Of a DNA stretch of 64,000 nucleotides, positions 15,120-25,408 are shown in pieces. The position numbers and the translations under genes are program-made. Within the stretch, counting starts at the first letter, position 1, and every line of letters begins with the position of its first letter. Origin of the DNA: an uncultured Bacteroidaceae bacterium (GTDB lineage Bacteria > Bacteroidota > Bacteroidia > Bacteroidales > Bacteroidaceae); contig CAJOCU010000005.1 in NCBI GenBank assembly GCA_905233765.1, forward strand, positions 31,811 to 95,810. The letters run 5' to 3'. The notes below the pieces were generated by a model. It was not told the origin of the DNA, ran no database searches, and saw only the letters and a program-made list of their open reading frames with translations.

Positions 15120-16097
15120 TTAGGAATACTTTAGGATTTGCCCCACGCGCAGTGTGGTCTTTGTGGAGATGCCGTTGGCGCGACAGAGCTTGGCCACAGT
15201 CGTTCCACGCTTGCGGGCGATGCTTCCGAGCGTCTCACCAGCACGCACCTTGTGAATGCGGGTGTTCTGTGCGGCCCTGCGGTTACGGGTGTTCTTGGCC
15301 ACAGAGGAGGAGTTGTAGGTCACCTCTACGCCTTCGCCCTCAGCCATAGCGACATCTTCCTCAGCGGTGCCGGCGTCGTTGACGTCGTGCTTGCCCAGCA
15401 GCAGTCCGCGACCGCGCCCCTTGAAGATGTAGAAGTCACCCGTGACGTCCTGATGCTCGAAGTCGAAGAGCTTGGCAGGATCGATGTACTCGCCCAGCAG
15501 GCGCGTCTCGAAATGCAAGTGTGTACCTGTGCTGCGTCCTGTGCTGCCAGCCAGACCGATGGCCTCGCCGGCCTTCACCGTCTGGTCCTTCTTGGTCAAA
15601 TGCTTGGACAGGTGGCCGTAGATGGTTTCCAAGCCGTTGGGGTGACGGATGACGACAACATTGCCGTAGCCGCCACGCTGGAAAGTGACAACGCGCACTT
15701 TTCCATCGAAGGCTGCACGAATAGTGTCGCCCTTGTAGGCGTTGATATCAATGCCCTTATGCTGGCGACGGAAACGAGGGCGATAACCATAATTGGAGGT
15801 CACGATTCGATTGTTGGTAGGCATACAGAAACCGCGCAGATCAATCTTGTATTCACTTGGAAGCTGCACGCTTCCGTACATGTTGATGTAGTCGTCCTCC
15901 CAGCTTGGATATAGGTCCGCAGCGGGGTTTTCGAGATTCTCTTGGTGGAAAAGGCGCTGGATTTCTACGCTATCGACAGCGCGCATTTTCTTATCGACAG
16001 GGGCCTGACGAGCAATCATGTCTTGACCCATAACAGATGTTATGCAGGCGATGAATGCAAGTGTGGCTGCTGTGCGTTGGATAAATAAATTCAGCAT
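15120..16097 (-). CDS. M23 family metallopeptidase with a C-terminal LysM domain
   Basis: HKGIDINAYKGDTIRAAFDGKV and GSTGRSTGTHLHFE are M23 motifs. The C-terminal HKVRAGETLGSIARKRGTTVAKLCRANGI is LysM-like. The start is set at the ATG of the signal peptide MLNLFIQRTAATLAF. Confidence 0.85.
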   Translation of the reverse strand: MLNLFIQRTAATLAFIACITSVMGQDMIARQAPVDKKMRAVDSVEIQRLFHQENLENPAADLYPSWEDDYINMYGSVQLPSEYKIDLRGFCMPTNNRIVTSNYGYRPRFRRQHKGIDINAYKGDTIRAAFDGKVRVVTFQRGGYGNVVVIRHPNGLETIYGHLSKHLTKKDQTVKAGEAIGLAGSTGRSTGTHLHFETRLLGEYIDPAKLFDFEHQDVTGDFYIFKGRGRGLLLGKHDVNDAGTAEEDVAMAEGEGVEVTYNSSSVAKNTRNRRAAQNTRIHKVRAGETLGSIARKRGTTVAKLCRANGISTKTTLRVGQILKYS

Positions 16098-16120
16098 TGT
16101 TAAGGTAAGATTTTCAGGAT

Positions 16121-16582
16121 TTAACACTCGTCAACAGCATAGATGAAGTCCTGCATGCCCGCTCGATAATCAAAAATTTCCTCGGGACGGAAGAAACGGG
16201 CCAACTCGACGGCTGCATTCTCAACAGAGTCTGAGGCATGAACGATGTTCTGCTGGTTGCTCATTGCATAATCGCCGCGAATGGTGCCGGGATCGGCAGC
16301 ACGACCGTTGGTGAACCCCGTCATGGCGCGTACAACTTGAACGGCTTCGACACCACTAATCGCCATCGCCACGATAGGAGATGCCATCATTGATTTTGCG
16401 AGAAGTGGGAAGAACGGGCGATCAACCAAATGTGCGTAGTGGTCGCGAAGGATGGCTTCGTTCAGCTGCATCATTTTCATGCCTGCGATGCGCAGACCTC
16501 GGCGCTCAAAACGGTGGACAATCTCGCCAATCAGTTGGCGTTGTACGCAACTGGGTTTGAGCAGGACGAGTGTTGTTTCCAT
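16121..16582 (-). CDS. ndk: nucleoside-diphosphate kinase
   Basis: 153 aa. Contains ETTLVLLKPSCVQR and NIVHASDS. Confidence 0.9.
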   Translation of the reverse strand: METTLVLLKPSCVQRQLIGEIVHRFERRGLRIAGMKMMQLNEAILRDHYAHLVDRPFFPLLAKSMMASPIVAMAISGVEAVQVVRAMTGFTNGRAADPGTIRGDYAMSNQQNIVHASDSVENAAVELARFFRPEEIFDYRAGMQDFIYAVDEC

Positions 16583-16643
16583 AAATATCGTTAATGTGAC
16601 TTTTTACTCTCTTTACGTACGTGCGTACTACACGTTTCGGCGG

Positions 16644-16651
16644 CAAAGGTA
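16644..16651 (-). promoter_or_regulatory. Bacteroidetes -7 promoter box (TACCTTTG) upstream of ndk
   Basis: The reverse complement of caaaggta matches TAnnTTTG. Confidence 0.4.
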
Positions 16652-16762
16652 GTGAAAATCTTTGTAACGCACGATAATTATTAACGTTTTTTTAAGTTTT
16701 GAGTGTAAAAAACGCACCAAATGATATGTCTGCGCCTCAAATCTAAGCCTTTTGTCTCATTT

Positions 16763-17980
16763 TTATGGGATTAGCAGCGAGCTGTCGCCGTAGCTTAAAA
16801 AACGGAAATCGTGATCTAATGCATAGCGGTAAATGTCTTTCCAGTGATCATCGCCTACGAAGGCTGATACGAGCAGCAGTAGTGTGGATTGGGGCTGGTG
16901 GAAATTTGTAACTATTCTGCGAACGATATGGTAATCATATCCTGGGGCAATGATGATTTTTGTGGCCGTGTGCAGTGCGTCCAAATGGTTGCGGTTCAAC
17001 CAGTCAAGAATTGCGGCCAGGCATTTCTCGCTTTCCACTCCATCATTTTTTGCATCTTCATAAGGCTCCCACTGATTCACCTTCAAATCTTCTTCGGCGG
17101 CGTTAGGATTCTGAAGAAGCTTTTTGCCGATATAATACAGCGACTCAAGCGTACGAACGCTGGTTGTTCCTACGGCCGTACATTCGCATCCGTGACGCAG
17201 AAGTGCTTCTATAACCTTTCGATGAACATAGATCCATTCGGAATGCATCTCATGACCTTCAATGCGTTCGCTTTTTACAGGCTTGAAGGTGCCCGCTCCT
17301 ACGTGGAGTGTCAACTCTACCCGCTCAATGCCACGTTGGTCAATGGCTTCTAGCACGCGAGGTGTAAAATGAAGTCCTGCGGTGGGCGCGGCCACGCTGC
17401 CTTTTACTTTGGAATAGACTGTTTGATAGGTGGTTAGGTCACTGGTTTCGGTCTGACGATTCAAGTATGGCGGAATTGGAAGCTCGCCACAGTTTTCCAA
17501 TACCTGTGCCCAAGTCAGTTCCGCGTCGTTCCACGTAAAGCGGATTAAATCTGAAGACCCTACTCTTTCGGCTGTAAGACAATGGTCTTTCCCCTCGAAG
17601 ACCACGGTGTTCCTGAGCACTCCTTTCTTCCATTTTTTTGCATTGCCCACGAGGCAGTGCCATGTGCAGCACTGCGTCTGCTGAAACATCAGCGCATAGT
17701 CGTTAGGCTCTGCAGGCTCTAGACAGAATACCTCGATGAGCGCCCCTGTCTCTTTGTGGAAGCGAAGGCGTGCCTGGATAACGCGGGTGTTGTTCATCAC
17801 CAGCAACGATCCCTTAGGCAGCAGCTCTGGCAGATTTTGGAAATGATAATGACTGATATCGCCGTGGTTGTATACCAGCAGCTTCGATGCGTCGCGCTCA
17901 GCCAAAGGATATTTGGCAATGCGTTCGTCTGGCAGCTCGTATGCAAAGTCGGCGATTTGTATGTTTTTGGGGTCGTTCAA
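16763..17980 (-). CDS. queA: tRNA preQ1(34) S-adenosylmethionine ribosyltransferase-isomerase
   Basis: Contains IADFAYELPDERIAKYPLAERDASKLLV, TAGLHFT and FRFLSYGDSSLL. The start is uncertain because the ORF track start is a TTG. Confidence 0.85.
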   Translation of the reverse strand: MNDPKNIQIADFAYELPDERIAKYPLAERDASKLLVYNHGDISHYHFQNLPELLPKGSLLVMNNTRVIQARLRFHKETGALIEVFCLEPAEPNDYALMFQQTQCCTWHCLVGNAKKWKKGVLRNTVVFEGKDHCLTAERVGSSDLIRFTWNDAELTWAQVLENCGELPIPPYLNRQTETSDLTTYQTVYSKVKGSVAAPTAGLHFTPRVLEAIDQRGIERVELTLHVGAGTFKPVKSERIEGHEMHSEWIYVHRKVIEALLRHGCECTAVGTTSVRTLESLYYIGKKLLQNPNAAEEDLKVNQWEPYEDAKNDGVESEKCLAAILDWLNRNHLDALHTATKIIIAPGYDYHIVRRIVTNFHQPQSTLLLLVSAFVGDDHWKDIYRYALDHDFRFLSYGDSSLLIP

Positions 17981-18017
17981 CTTTTTAATTTTTAATTTTC
18001 AGCTGAAAACGTCTTTT

Positions 18018-19232
18018 TCACCCAATCGTTACCATTGTTGCCCCATGCTCGTACTTTGGGTGGGGCGCATTCTCAATAGTGCATGTGCGATAACGGTAGC
18101 GCAGTTCCTTGAGTATCGCTTCCCGAAGAACGTCGTTGTCCTTTCCATGAATGAAAACGATGTGCTGTCCGCGCTTGTGGATATTGCGGTCCATCATAAT
18201 GCGAAACTCGGTGAGTTGAGTGTTCAATAGCACAGCCGGTGAGAGTCCTTCTGTGTGATCAAGCAGGGCGTTGATGTGAAGGTCCACTTCAATGACATTG
18301 CGCTTTTCTGTATGTTGCTTTCGGCTCATCTCTTTTTCGCTCTGTACACGCAGCTCTTCCTTTAGCGCGCGCTTGGCAGCCTTCAGTGCTTCACGCTCCT
18401 CGGCACGTGTTCGCAGCGGAGCTTCTGCAACGGGTGTTGCCTCTTGGGATTCTGTTGGCTCTTCAGGCTGTTCTGGTTCGGGCGCTGCTATGGATTCGAT
18501 GCCACGCATCGCATCCAATACCTCTTCAGCTTCTGTGAACACCTGTTTGATAGGGCGATCGTCGCGAACGATGTCATACACCAATGCGGGCTCGCGGAAG
18601 AATGGTGAGGGTTGGAAAACGTGCAGCTTGTAGAACTTCACAGTATCAAGACGCAGTTCTACGCCCGCGGCGGGCTTTGTCAAGTAGGGCTTATCCTGCT
18701 TCCAGGCAATCAGTTGCACACTCAACCGTTCCAGATCGTTGAGCAGTGAGCGGTCGAAGGTCTCCAGTAATTGTTTTGTATTAGGTTCAATAATGCCTTG
18801 CCAACGCAGGTGCCACGCAGATCCTTCATTGTTAGCGTACACTACGCTGATAAAGTAGTTGGAGTCGTTAATAAGATAGCTCTCGAAACGAGTGCTTGAC
18901 AACTCACGAGGATTCTCTGGTACAAAAGCCAGACACACGTTCAGTAAATCGCCTCCCTTGCGCTCCACCGCCTTGGGCTGGTAACTTACAGGACGTGCTG
19001 ATGGGTCGTCCTCGATGCCGTCTTCCAAGAAGCGCACCTTGGGCGCGGGTGCCTGTTTCTTCTTGACTTCAAAATTGTTGGCGTTCGTTTCGATGACTAC
19101 CACTTTAGAACGAAGCATGGGTACTTCAAATCCGTCTTGATCTTCGACCAGCACGATGCTCTTGCCCTCAAAGCCGGCAATGACACCGCCCCCTACTTCG
19201 TTAAGAAATCGAACTTTATCTCCTATTTTCAT
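18018..19232 (-). CDS. Smr-domain protein (DUF2027-like N-terminal region)
   Basis: The C-terminal segment EVDLHINALL...IVFIHGKDNDVLREAILKELRYRY is Smr-like. Confidence 0.65.
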   Translation of the reverse strand: MKIGDKVRFLNEVGGGVIAGFEGKSIVLVEDQDGFEVPMLRSKVVVIETNANNFEVKKKQAPAPKVRFLEDGIEDDPSARPVSYQPKAVERKGGDLLNVCLAFVPENPRELSSTRFESYLINDSNYFISVVYANNEGSAWHLRWQGIIEPNTKQLLETFDRSLLNDLERLSVQLIAWKQDKPYLTKPAAGVELRLDTVKFYKLHVFQPSPFFREPALVYDIVRDDRPIKQVFTEAEEVLDAMRGIESIAAPEPEQPEEPTESQEATPVAEAPLRTRAEEREALKAAKRALKEELRVQSEKEMSRKQHTEKRNVIEVDLHINALLDHTEGLSPAVLLNTQLTEFRIMMDRNIHKRGQHIVFIHGKDNDVLREAILKELRYRYRTCTIENAPHPKYEHGATMVTIG

Positions 19233-19255
19233 CGTTATTTTTACTTTTTTGGGCG

Positions 19256-19263
19256 CAAAGGTA
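19256..19263 (-). promoter_or_regulatory. Bacteroidetes -7 promoter box (TACCTTTG) for the Smr-domain gene
   Basis: The reverse complement of caaaggta, 24 nt upstream of the ATG at 19232. Confidence 0.45.
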
Positions 19264-19306
19264 GGAATTTTTTAGCGAATTATACCTTTTCTATCAAAAA
19301 ATCCCT

Positions 19307-19314
19307 TATCTTTG
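19307..19314 (+). promoter_or_regulatory. Bacteroidetes -7 promoter box (TATCTTTG) for tex
   Basis: Matches TAnnTTTG. It lies inside the longer ORF-track start, which argues for the MEQNIF start at 19342. Confidence 0.45.
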
Positions 19315-19341
19315 TCGGCAAATCGACTACTTCTGTCAAAA

Positions 19342-21501
19342 ATGGAACAGAATATATTTGCAAAGCTCATAGCTGAACGCTTAGGTATACGCGAGAAGCA
19401 GGTGGAAGGTACGTTGTCGTTGTTGGACAACGGCTCCACTATACCTTTCATAGCCCGTTACCGCAAGGAGCGTACTGGTTCTCTTGACGAGGTGCAGATT
19501 GCAGCTATTGCCGAGCAGAACGAACGCCTTAAGGAACTAGCAAAGCGAAAAGATACTATCATCAGGACTATTACCGAGTTGGGGAAAATGACGATCGAAT
19601 TGCAGGAGCGCATCAATGATTGTTGGGATACCACTGCGCTTGAGGATATCTATCTCCCTTATAAACCGAAACGTCACACACGTGCGCAGGTGGCTCGTGA
19701 GCAGGGATTGGAACCCTTGGCGATTCTTCTCCTTCGTGGCGAATCTCGCCCAGAGGTCGTAGCGCAACGCTTTGTCAATGAAAAAACTCCTTCTGTTGAG
19801 ATAGCTCTTCAAGGCGCTCGGGATATAATTGCCGAGATGGTCAGTGAAGACGAACGCTCTCGTCAAACCGTTCGTGGCGCTTTTCGCCGCACTGCATATA
19901 TCAATGCGAAGGTTGTCAGAGCTAAGGCAGAGACCGAAGAAGCCCAGAAGTACTCCGATTATTTCGAATGGAGCGAGCCGCTCAAACGCTGTTCCAGTCA
20001 CCGTCTGCTCGCCATGCGTCGCGGCGAAGCAGAAGGAGTCCTTCGTGTAAACATAACAATAGATGACGAGGAGGCTGTGCAAAAGTTGCAACGTCAGTGG
20101 AAAACAAACCTCCAGACCTCCCCCGTCAAGGAAGAGAGGGATTGCGTGCAGTTGATAAATGAGGCCGTTGCCGATGGCTATAAGCGTTTGCTGTGTCCAT
20201 CCATAGAGAATGAGTTTGCAGCATCTAGTAAAGAGCGTGCTGACGAAGAAGCCATTCGCGTCTTTGCTGAGAACTTACGGCAGCTTCTTCTAAGTGCCCC
20301 ACTAGGTCAGAAGCGTGTGATGGGCATTGATCCAGGCTTTCGCACGGGCTGTAAAGTTGTATGCCTCGATGCTCATGGTAACCTTCTTCATCACGATGCC
20401 ATCTTCCCCCACCCGCCTGTGCGCAAGCCCGCAGAGGCCGCACAATCCTTGACAGAGATGGTTGGGAAATACAAAGTGGAAGCTATAGCCATTGGCAATG
20501 GAACAGCCAGTCGCGAAACTAAAGGATTTGTGGAAATGGTCCTGGGCACTTCAACGGCTATTTATGTTGTTTCAGAGGATGGCGCTTCTGTGTATTCAGC
20601 TTCAAAGGTAGCTCGCGAGGAGTTCCCCGATGAGGATGTAACTGTTCGTGGAGCTGTCAGCATAGGACGACGTTTGATGGATCCTTTGGCAGAGTTGGTG
20701 AAGATCGACCCCAAAAGTATAGGTGTAGGGCAGTACCAGCACGATGTCGATCAGGGCATGCTTAAGCACTGCCTTGACCAGACCGTTGAGAGTTGTGTCA
20801 ATAGTGTGGGGGTTAACCTTAATACTGCATCCGTACACTTGCTCACATATGTCAGTGGTCTTGGCCCAGCCTTGGCAAAGAACATTGTGGATTATCGTTG
20901 TAAGAATGGTGCCTTCACTAGTCGTGCACAACTGAAGAAGGTGTCGCGCCTAGGACCTTCAGCCTTTGAGCAGTGCGCAGGTTTCCTTCGCATTAACGAC
21001 GCAGAGAATCCTCTCGACAATAGTGCTGTACACCCTGAACGCTATGCCCTTGTAGAGCAGATTGCCAAGGACCTGGGTTGCAAGGTTATTGACCTTATTC
21101 AAAAAAAAGAATTACGTGTGCGCGTAGATTTAAATAGGTATGTTAGCCCAGAAGTCGGACTTCCCACATTGACCGACATAATGCGTGAACTGGAAAAGCC
21201 AGGCCGAGATCCTCGCGAAGCAATCGAAGAGTTTGAATTCGATAGCCGTGTTACTTCTATCGACGACCTCATCCCCGGCATGGAACTTCTTGGTATTGTT
21301 ACGAATATTACAAACTTCGGTGCTTTCGTGGATATTGGCGTACATCAGGATGGCCTTGTTCATATCTCTCAACTAGCGGACAAATATGTCAGCAATCCCA
21401 CCGATGTGGTACATCTTCATCAGCATGTAACTGTGCGGGTCCTAGAAGTGGATCGACGTCGTAATCGAATATCCCTTTCTATGAAACACCACGGAATATG
21501 A
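19342..21501 (+). CDS. tex: Tex-like transcription accessory protein (YqgF/HHH/S1 domains)
   Basis: Contains TIPFIARYRKERTGSLDE and GIDPGFRTGCK (YqgF-like). The C-terminal S1 domain includes GIVTNITNFGAFVDIGVHQDGLVHISQL. Confidence 0.9.
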   Translation: MEQNIFAKLIAERLGIREKQVEGTLSLLDNGSTIPFIARYRKERTGSLDEVQIAAIAEQNERLKELAKRKDTIIRTITELGKMTIELQERINDCWDTTALEDIYLPYKPKRHTRAQVAREQGLEPLAILLLRGESRPEVVAQRFVNEKTPSVEIALQGARDIIAEMVSEDERSRQTVRGAFRRTAYINAKVVRAKAETEEAQKYSDYFEWSEPLKRCSSHRLLAMRRGEAEGVLRVNITIDDEEAVQKLQRQWKTNLQTSPVKEERDCVQLINEAVADGYKRLLCPSIENEFAASSKERADEEAIRVFAENLRQLLLSAPLGQKRVMGIDPGFRTGCKVVCLDAHGNLLHHDAIFPHPPVRKPAEAAQSLTEMVGKYKVEAIAIGNGTASRETKGFVEMVLGTSTAIYVVSEDGASVYSASKVAREEFPDEDVTVRGAVSIGRRLMDPLAELVKIDPKSIGVGQYQHDVDQGMLKHCLDQTVESCVNSVGVNLNTASVHLLTYVSGLGPALAKNIVDYRCKNGAFTSRAQLKKVSRLGPSAFEQCAGFLRINDAENPLDNSAVHPERYALVEQIAKDLGCKVIDLIQKKELRVRVDLNRYVSPEVGLPTLTDIMRELEKPGRDPREAIEEFEFDSRVTSIDDLIPGMELLGIVTNITNFGAFVDIGVHQDGLVHISQLADKYVSNPTDVVHLHQHVTVRVLEVDRRRNRISLSMKHHGI

Positions 21502-22097
21502 TAGACGCTCAACCAAGAAACTCTTCAGCTCCCGATTACGCTTTCATAGACGTAATCCTATTGGCTTACCGTCTAGGTCGTGCCAGGTATAATGAACAGA
21601 AAGTAGCCCTATTGGCGGCAGCACAGGTGGCAACAGATGCTCTGACGTTCCTTACGGCATTGGAGAACTTTGGCGTTGGACCGCGGACGCAATTGCATCG
21701 TTTCGTCGGCGAGATATTGTCGTCATTGCCCTATTATCGGGCGCAGTATCCTGCGGTCCTTGGTCTGCATCGTGAAGATGAGACGGTAGAGTCATTTCTC
21801 AATAATCCACGCGCCCTTTCGCTAGTAGAGGGGGTGCTGACGGTGCCTCAGCAGAACCTCCTCCGCGAATCGTATTGGTGGTTTGTACGCAATCATCAGC
21901 CTATGTACGTTGACCCCAAACGCGGAAACTGCATGGGCCTTTATTCGACAGAGCCTCAAGATAATGCTTCAGCGCTTGAGCGTTTTGAGGATTACCTGAC
22001 AAGGATGCAGCAACATAAGAATCAGCGAATTCGGTCTAGTTATGAAGGCCTCCCTGTGGGCATCGTTCTTGCAATCCTGAAACGAGCGTTCCTTTGA
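21498..22097 (+). CDS. hypothetical protein
   Basis: 199 aa ORF whose start overlaps the tex stop (ATGA). No family recognised. Confidence 0.5.
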   Translation: MIDAQPRNSSAPDYAFIDVILLAYRLGRARYNEQKVALLAAAQVATDALTFLTALENFGVGPRTQLHRFVGEILSSLPYYRAQYPAVLGLHREDETVESFLNNPRALSLVEGVLTVPQQNLLRESYWWFVRNHQPMYVDPKRGNCMGLYSTEPQDNASALERFEDYLTRMQQHKNQRIRSSYEGLPVGIVLAILKRAFL

Positions 22098-22143
22098 GCA
22101 AAGGATGAAGTAATAAAGAAACTAAATATAACAACGAGCGACA

Positions 22144-22899
22144 ATGAAATTCATATCATGGAATGTGAACGGCTTGAGAGCCTGTGATGGGAAAGGATTT
22201 AGGGATTATTTCAAGTCATTGAATGCCGACTTTTTCTGCTTGCAGGAAACCAAAATGCAGGCAGGCCAACTGGATATTGCCTTCGATGGCTATGAGAGCT
22301 ATTGGAACTACGCCGAGAAGAAAGGCTACAGTGGTACGGCAATATTTACCAAACACCACCCGCTGAGTTTTGCTTATGGGCTTGGCATTGCCGAACACGA
22401 TCATGAAGGGCGTGTCATCACACTGGAGTACCCGGATTTCTATGTTGTCACCGTCTATACACCCAATTCGCAGGATGGTCTCAAACGGTTAGATTATCGT
22501 ATGACGTGGGATGATGCGTTCAGGAACTATCTCGTAAGCTTGGATGCACGTAAACCTGTTTTGGTCTGTGGCGACATGAATGTCGCTCACGAGGAAATCG
22601 ATCTGAAAAATCCTAAGTCCAATCGTATGAATGCAGGTTTTACCGACGAAGAACGTTCCAAGTTTTCGGCTTTGTTGGCTGCAGGCTTCACCGACACATG
22701 GCGCGCTTGCAATCCAGAAGTCCGCGATGTCTATTCTTGGTGGAGCTACCGCTTCCAAGCCCGTCAGAAGAACGCGGGTTGGCGCATCGACTACTGGCTT
22801 GTCAGCAATCGTTTGTACCAACAAGTTGTGGACGTCCAAATCCACACGGATATCCTAGGTAGCGACCACTGTCCTGTGGAAGTGGATCTGGTGTTTTAG
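22144..22899 (+). CDS. xth: exodeoxyribonuclease III
   Basis: Contains [18 protein letters not shown] and SDHCPV. Confidence 0.9.
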   Translation: MKFISWNVNGLRACDGKGFRDYFKSLNADFFCLQETKMQAGQLDIAFDGYESYWNYAEKKGYSGTAIFTKHHPLSFAYGLGIAEHDHEGRVITLEYPDFYVVTVYTPNSQDGLKRLDYRMTWDDAFRNYLVSLDARKPVLVCGDMNVAHEEIDLKNPKSNRMNAGFTDEERSKFSALLAAGFTDTWRACNPEVRDVYSWWSYRFQARQKNAGWRIDYWLVSNRLYQQVVDVQIHTDILGSDHCPVEVDLVF

Positions 22900-25148
22900 A
22901 GGTTCGGAATCGTCGTGAAGAACGTAGAACCGGGCAAGCCTGCGGCATTGTGCAGATCGGCGTTCGTGAAACCTTGCCATCCATAGCGCGCAGCTTTTGG
23001 CCACTTGACAAAAGGCGATGAGAGGATTATCTTGTCGCCTTCTATCTGGATGGTGGCTGGGTAGAATAGACCATCAGCGCCAGCCATTTCGAAACCATGT
23101 GTGCAGGCGAGGCCGTCAGCATTGTCAAAGCTGAGCACAGCGGTGTTGTGCTGTCCATTGACCGCACTGCGCAAGGTGGGCCCTTCGCTGACGATATCGT
23201 GTCCATACGTGTGCTTCAGAGCCTGCAGTGCCAGGCGCTCGCCCACGGGTCGTTTCGTGCGGTAGTGCACATCGGCGATATCCCCCACATCGCTGCTAAC
23301 AGCCATCCATGTGTCGGGCAACTCCTGTGCCAAGCGACGCTGGCTGTCGCGGAATGCGGGCCACGACGGGCGCGGCAGGCTGGAGAGCTGCACGAAGTAG
23401 AAGGGCAGCTTGGGTTGCTCTTGGAACTCGCTGCGCCAGGTGCGGGCAAACTCTTTGCGCCAGGACTGCTGAAGCAGGCGGAACAGGCGGTCGTGAACCT
23501 CTAGGTTATGGGCATTGCTACAGCCTTGATACCAGATGACACCCTTCAGGGCATAGTGTTCCAGTGGCTGTATGGCAGCTTCGAAGAGGTAGCAGGGGTC
23601 GTAGGGGTGACGCTGCAGCGTGTTATAGGCCGCACTTTCCTTGTTCAGCGCGTGGGCAATGTTTTGGCTCATGCGCCCTCGTGCCCACGGCTGGCCGTAG
23701 TCGCTGTTGCGCCAGTCACGCAGGATATTCGGGAACTCCCATTCCAACGTCGTACGATCCACCCATGACTCCGTTGTCGAACCGCCGACGGCATTGCAGA
23801 TGATTCCGATGGGCACATCCTGAAGGCTGTCACACAGCACGCGGGCGAAGTTGAAGGCCACGTCTGAGAACCAGGCCACCACCTCGGGTGAGGCCGCTTT
23901 CCAACCTTGGAAATCCATGTGGCGCAGCTGGTTGGTGTAGAGGAGCACGCTGTCGTCCCATTCCACGGCATCAGTCCTCGCGCGTGCAGGCATATTATAT
24001 AGGTGTAGCCGGTTGCCGAGGCGTGCAGCGTCGGCCAGGTCAGCCTCCTGCGTGTTGCACTCGTTGACACGCAACTCCATGTTCGACTGTCCGCTGGCCA
24101 GCCACACATCGCCGAAATAGACATCGTCGAGTGTGATAGACTGTTTTTCCTTCGTTGTGAGATTGCTGAGTGTCAGTGGGTAGCGTGTGGGGTAGTAAAA
24201 TGTGTAGTGATTGGTAGGCAGTGCCGAAGAGGTGAAGGTGAACGTATAGGGGCCTCCTGCCTCCTTGCGGCTCAGCTCCATGGACCATGAGCCGTCCGTC
24301 TGTGTGAAGGTAGAGTGTTCTTCAACCACCTTGCCGTCTTTCATGACCTTGAGCTCCACTTGTTGGCGTGCGTTGGCTGTACCGTGCAGCACCACGGGTT
24401 CGTCGCGCTGTAGCACCATCCCGTTGCCATAGAGCACTGGCAGGCGCAGGCCTCCGTGGTCGCCCGTGAGGGCACCATAGACCGTGCGGGCCAGGATCTG
24501 AGCACCTTCAGCGTTGGGATGCAGGGCATCGGGGAATAGGTCTGGGCGGCTGTGCAAGGGCGTGTAGAGGTCGATGAGTTGCACTCCGGCGCCCTGAGCC
24601 ACCTGCTTGATGGCCTCTTGAATCTGTGCGTGCCAGTCGCGCGTGCCGCTCTGGAAGCGTGGATGGCGGTCGAAGATGGGTGTCATCTGGCAGATGAGGA
24701 TGCGCGCCTGCGGGTTCACCGTCAGGAACGAGTCGATCAGCGCTCGGTAGTTGGGGATGAACTCCTCCTTCCAGTCTGGCCAGTTGCGCGGGTCTGTGTC
24801 GTTCAGTCCCAGGTGTATGACCACCCAGTCCGCCTTGAAATTCAATGCCTGATGAAACTCTGGCACTTTGATGTATGGACGGTGCCCTTTATATAATAAG
24901 GTGGAGCCCGAATGGCCGAAGTTGCCCACTTCATAGCGCCCTGCGCCATAGGTGTTGTCTAGCATCTCCTGTAGGCGCACAGGATAGGCTGTGTGTTTAC
25001 GGTCGGCGAGTCCGTAACCGTAGGTAACGCTGTTGCCTACGCAGGCTACGCGTAGCGGTTGTGCCAACTTTTTCGGACGGGCCGCAATGGGGGCCAAAAG
25101 AACGGCCACGAAGAATAGCAGGGAAAAAAATAAGGATCTCAAGGTCAT
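22896..25148 (-). CDS. secreted SGNH/GDSL hydrolase fused to a sialate O-acetylesterase-like (SASA) domain
   Basis: Has a signal peptide. GNSVTYGYG is GDSL block I, and LASGQSNME and WYQG are SASA-like. Confidence 0.7.
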   Translation of the reverse strand: MTLRSLFFSLLFFVAVLLAPIAARPKKLAQPLRVACVGNSVTYGYGLADRKHTAYPVRLQEMLDNTYGAGRYEVGNFGHSGSTLLYKGHRPYIKVPEFHQALNFKADWVVIHLGLNDTDPRNWPDWKEEFIPNYRALIDSFLTVNPQARILICQMTPIFDRHPRFQSGTRDWHAQIQEAIKQVAQGAGVQLIDLYTPLHSRPDLFPDALHPNAEGAQILARTVYGALTGDHGGLRLPVLYGNGMVLQRDEPVVLHGTANARQQVELKVMKDGKVVEEHSTFTQTDGSWSMELSRKEAGGPYTFTFTSSALPTNHYTFYYPTRYPLTLSNLTTKEKQSITLDDVYFGDVWLASGQSNMELRVNECNTQEADLADAARLGNRLHLYNMPARARTDAVEWDDSVLLYTNQLRHMDFQGWKAASPEVVAWFSDVAFNFARVLCDSLQDVPIGIICNAVGGSTTESWVDRTTLEWEFPNILRDWRNSDYGQPWARGRMSQNIAHALNKESAAYNTLQRHPYDPCYLFEAAIQPLEHYALKGVIWYQGCSNAHNLEVHDRLFRLLQQSWRKEFARTWRSEFQEQPKLPFYFVQLSSLPRPSWPAFRDSQRRLAQELPDTWMAVSSDVGDIADVHYRTKRPVGERLALQALKHTYGHDIVSEGPTLRSAVNGQHNTAVLSFDNADGLACTHGFEMAGADGLFYPATIQIEGDKIILSSPFVKWPKAARYGWQGFTNADLHNAAGLPGSTFFTTIPNL

Positions 25149-25177
25149 AGGGAAGTCCTTTTAAGGGTTTCTGGTGG

Positions 25178-25185
25178 CAAATATA
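25178..25185 (-). promoter_or_regulatory. Bacteroidetes -7 promoter box (TATATTTG) for the esterase gene
   Basis: The reverse complement of caaatata, 30 nt upstream of the ATG at 25148. Confidence 0.45.
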
Positions 25186-25280
25186 CGCTTTATTTGTGAA
25201 AGAAAAACAAAAAACAAAAACTTTTCTCTGAAATGATAATTTTTTATGAAGAAGATATTGCTACAAACAAAAAAACGTTG

Positions 25281-25288
25281 TACCTTTG
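25281..25288 (+). promoter_or_regulatory. Bacteroidetes -7 promoter box (TACCTTTG) for nrdD
   Basis: Matches TAnnTTTG and leaves a leader of about 115 nt before the ATG at 25409. Confidence 0.45.
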
Positions 25289-25298
25289 CACGCGAATT

Positions 25299-25364
25299 GG
25301 TTTTCCAAAATGGACAACTTTTTCGACAAAGCAAAGCAAAAAGTTTTCCAAAACGGACAACTTT
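25299..25364 (+). promoter_or_regulatory. two 23 nt direct repeats in the nrdD leader (candidate operator pair)
   Basis: ggttttccaaaatggacaacttt (25299) and agttttccaaaacggacaacttt (25342) share 21 of 23 positions and are 43 nt apart. Each contains the near-palindrome TTCCAAAAYGGA. Confidence 0.4.
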
Positions 25365-25408
25365 CTGATTACCAACATCGATTCTCTAATAAGAAAATAT
25401 ACGACCAA

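Noticed and set aside
16583-16762. tRNA or other small RNA gene in the ndk-queA spacer (and in the other spacers of 150 bp or more)
   Set aside because: No cloverleaf-compatible sequence or GTTCRANYC-like T-loop box was seen. The spacer is explained by the ndk promoter box and AT-rich filler.
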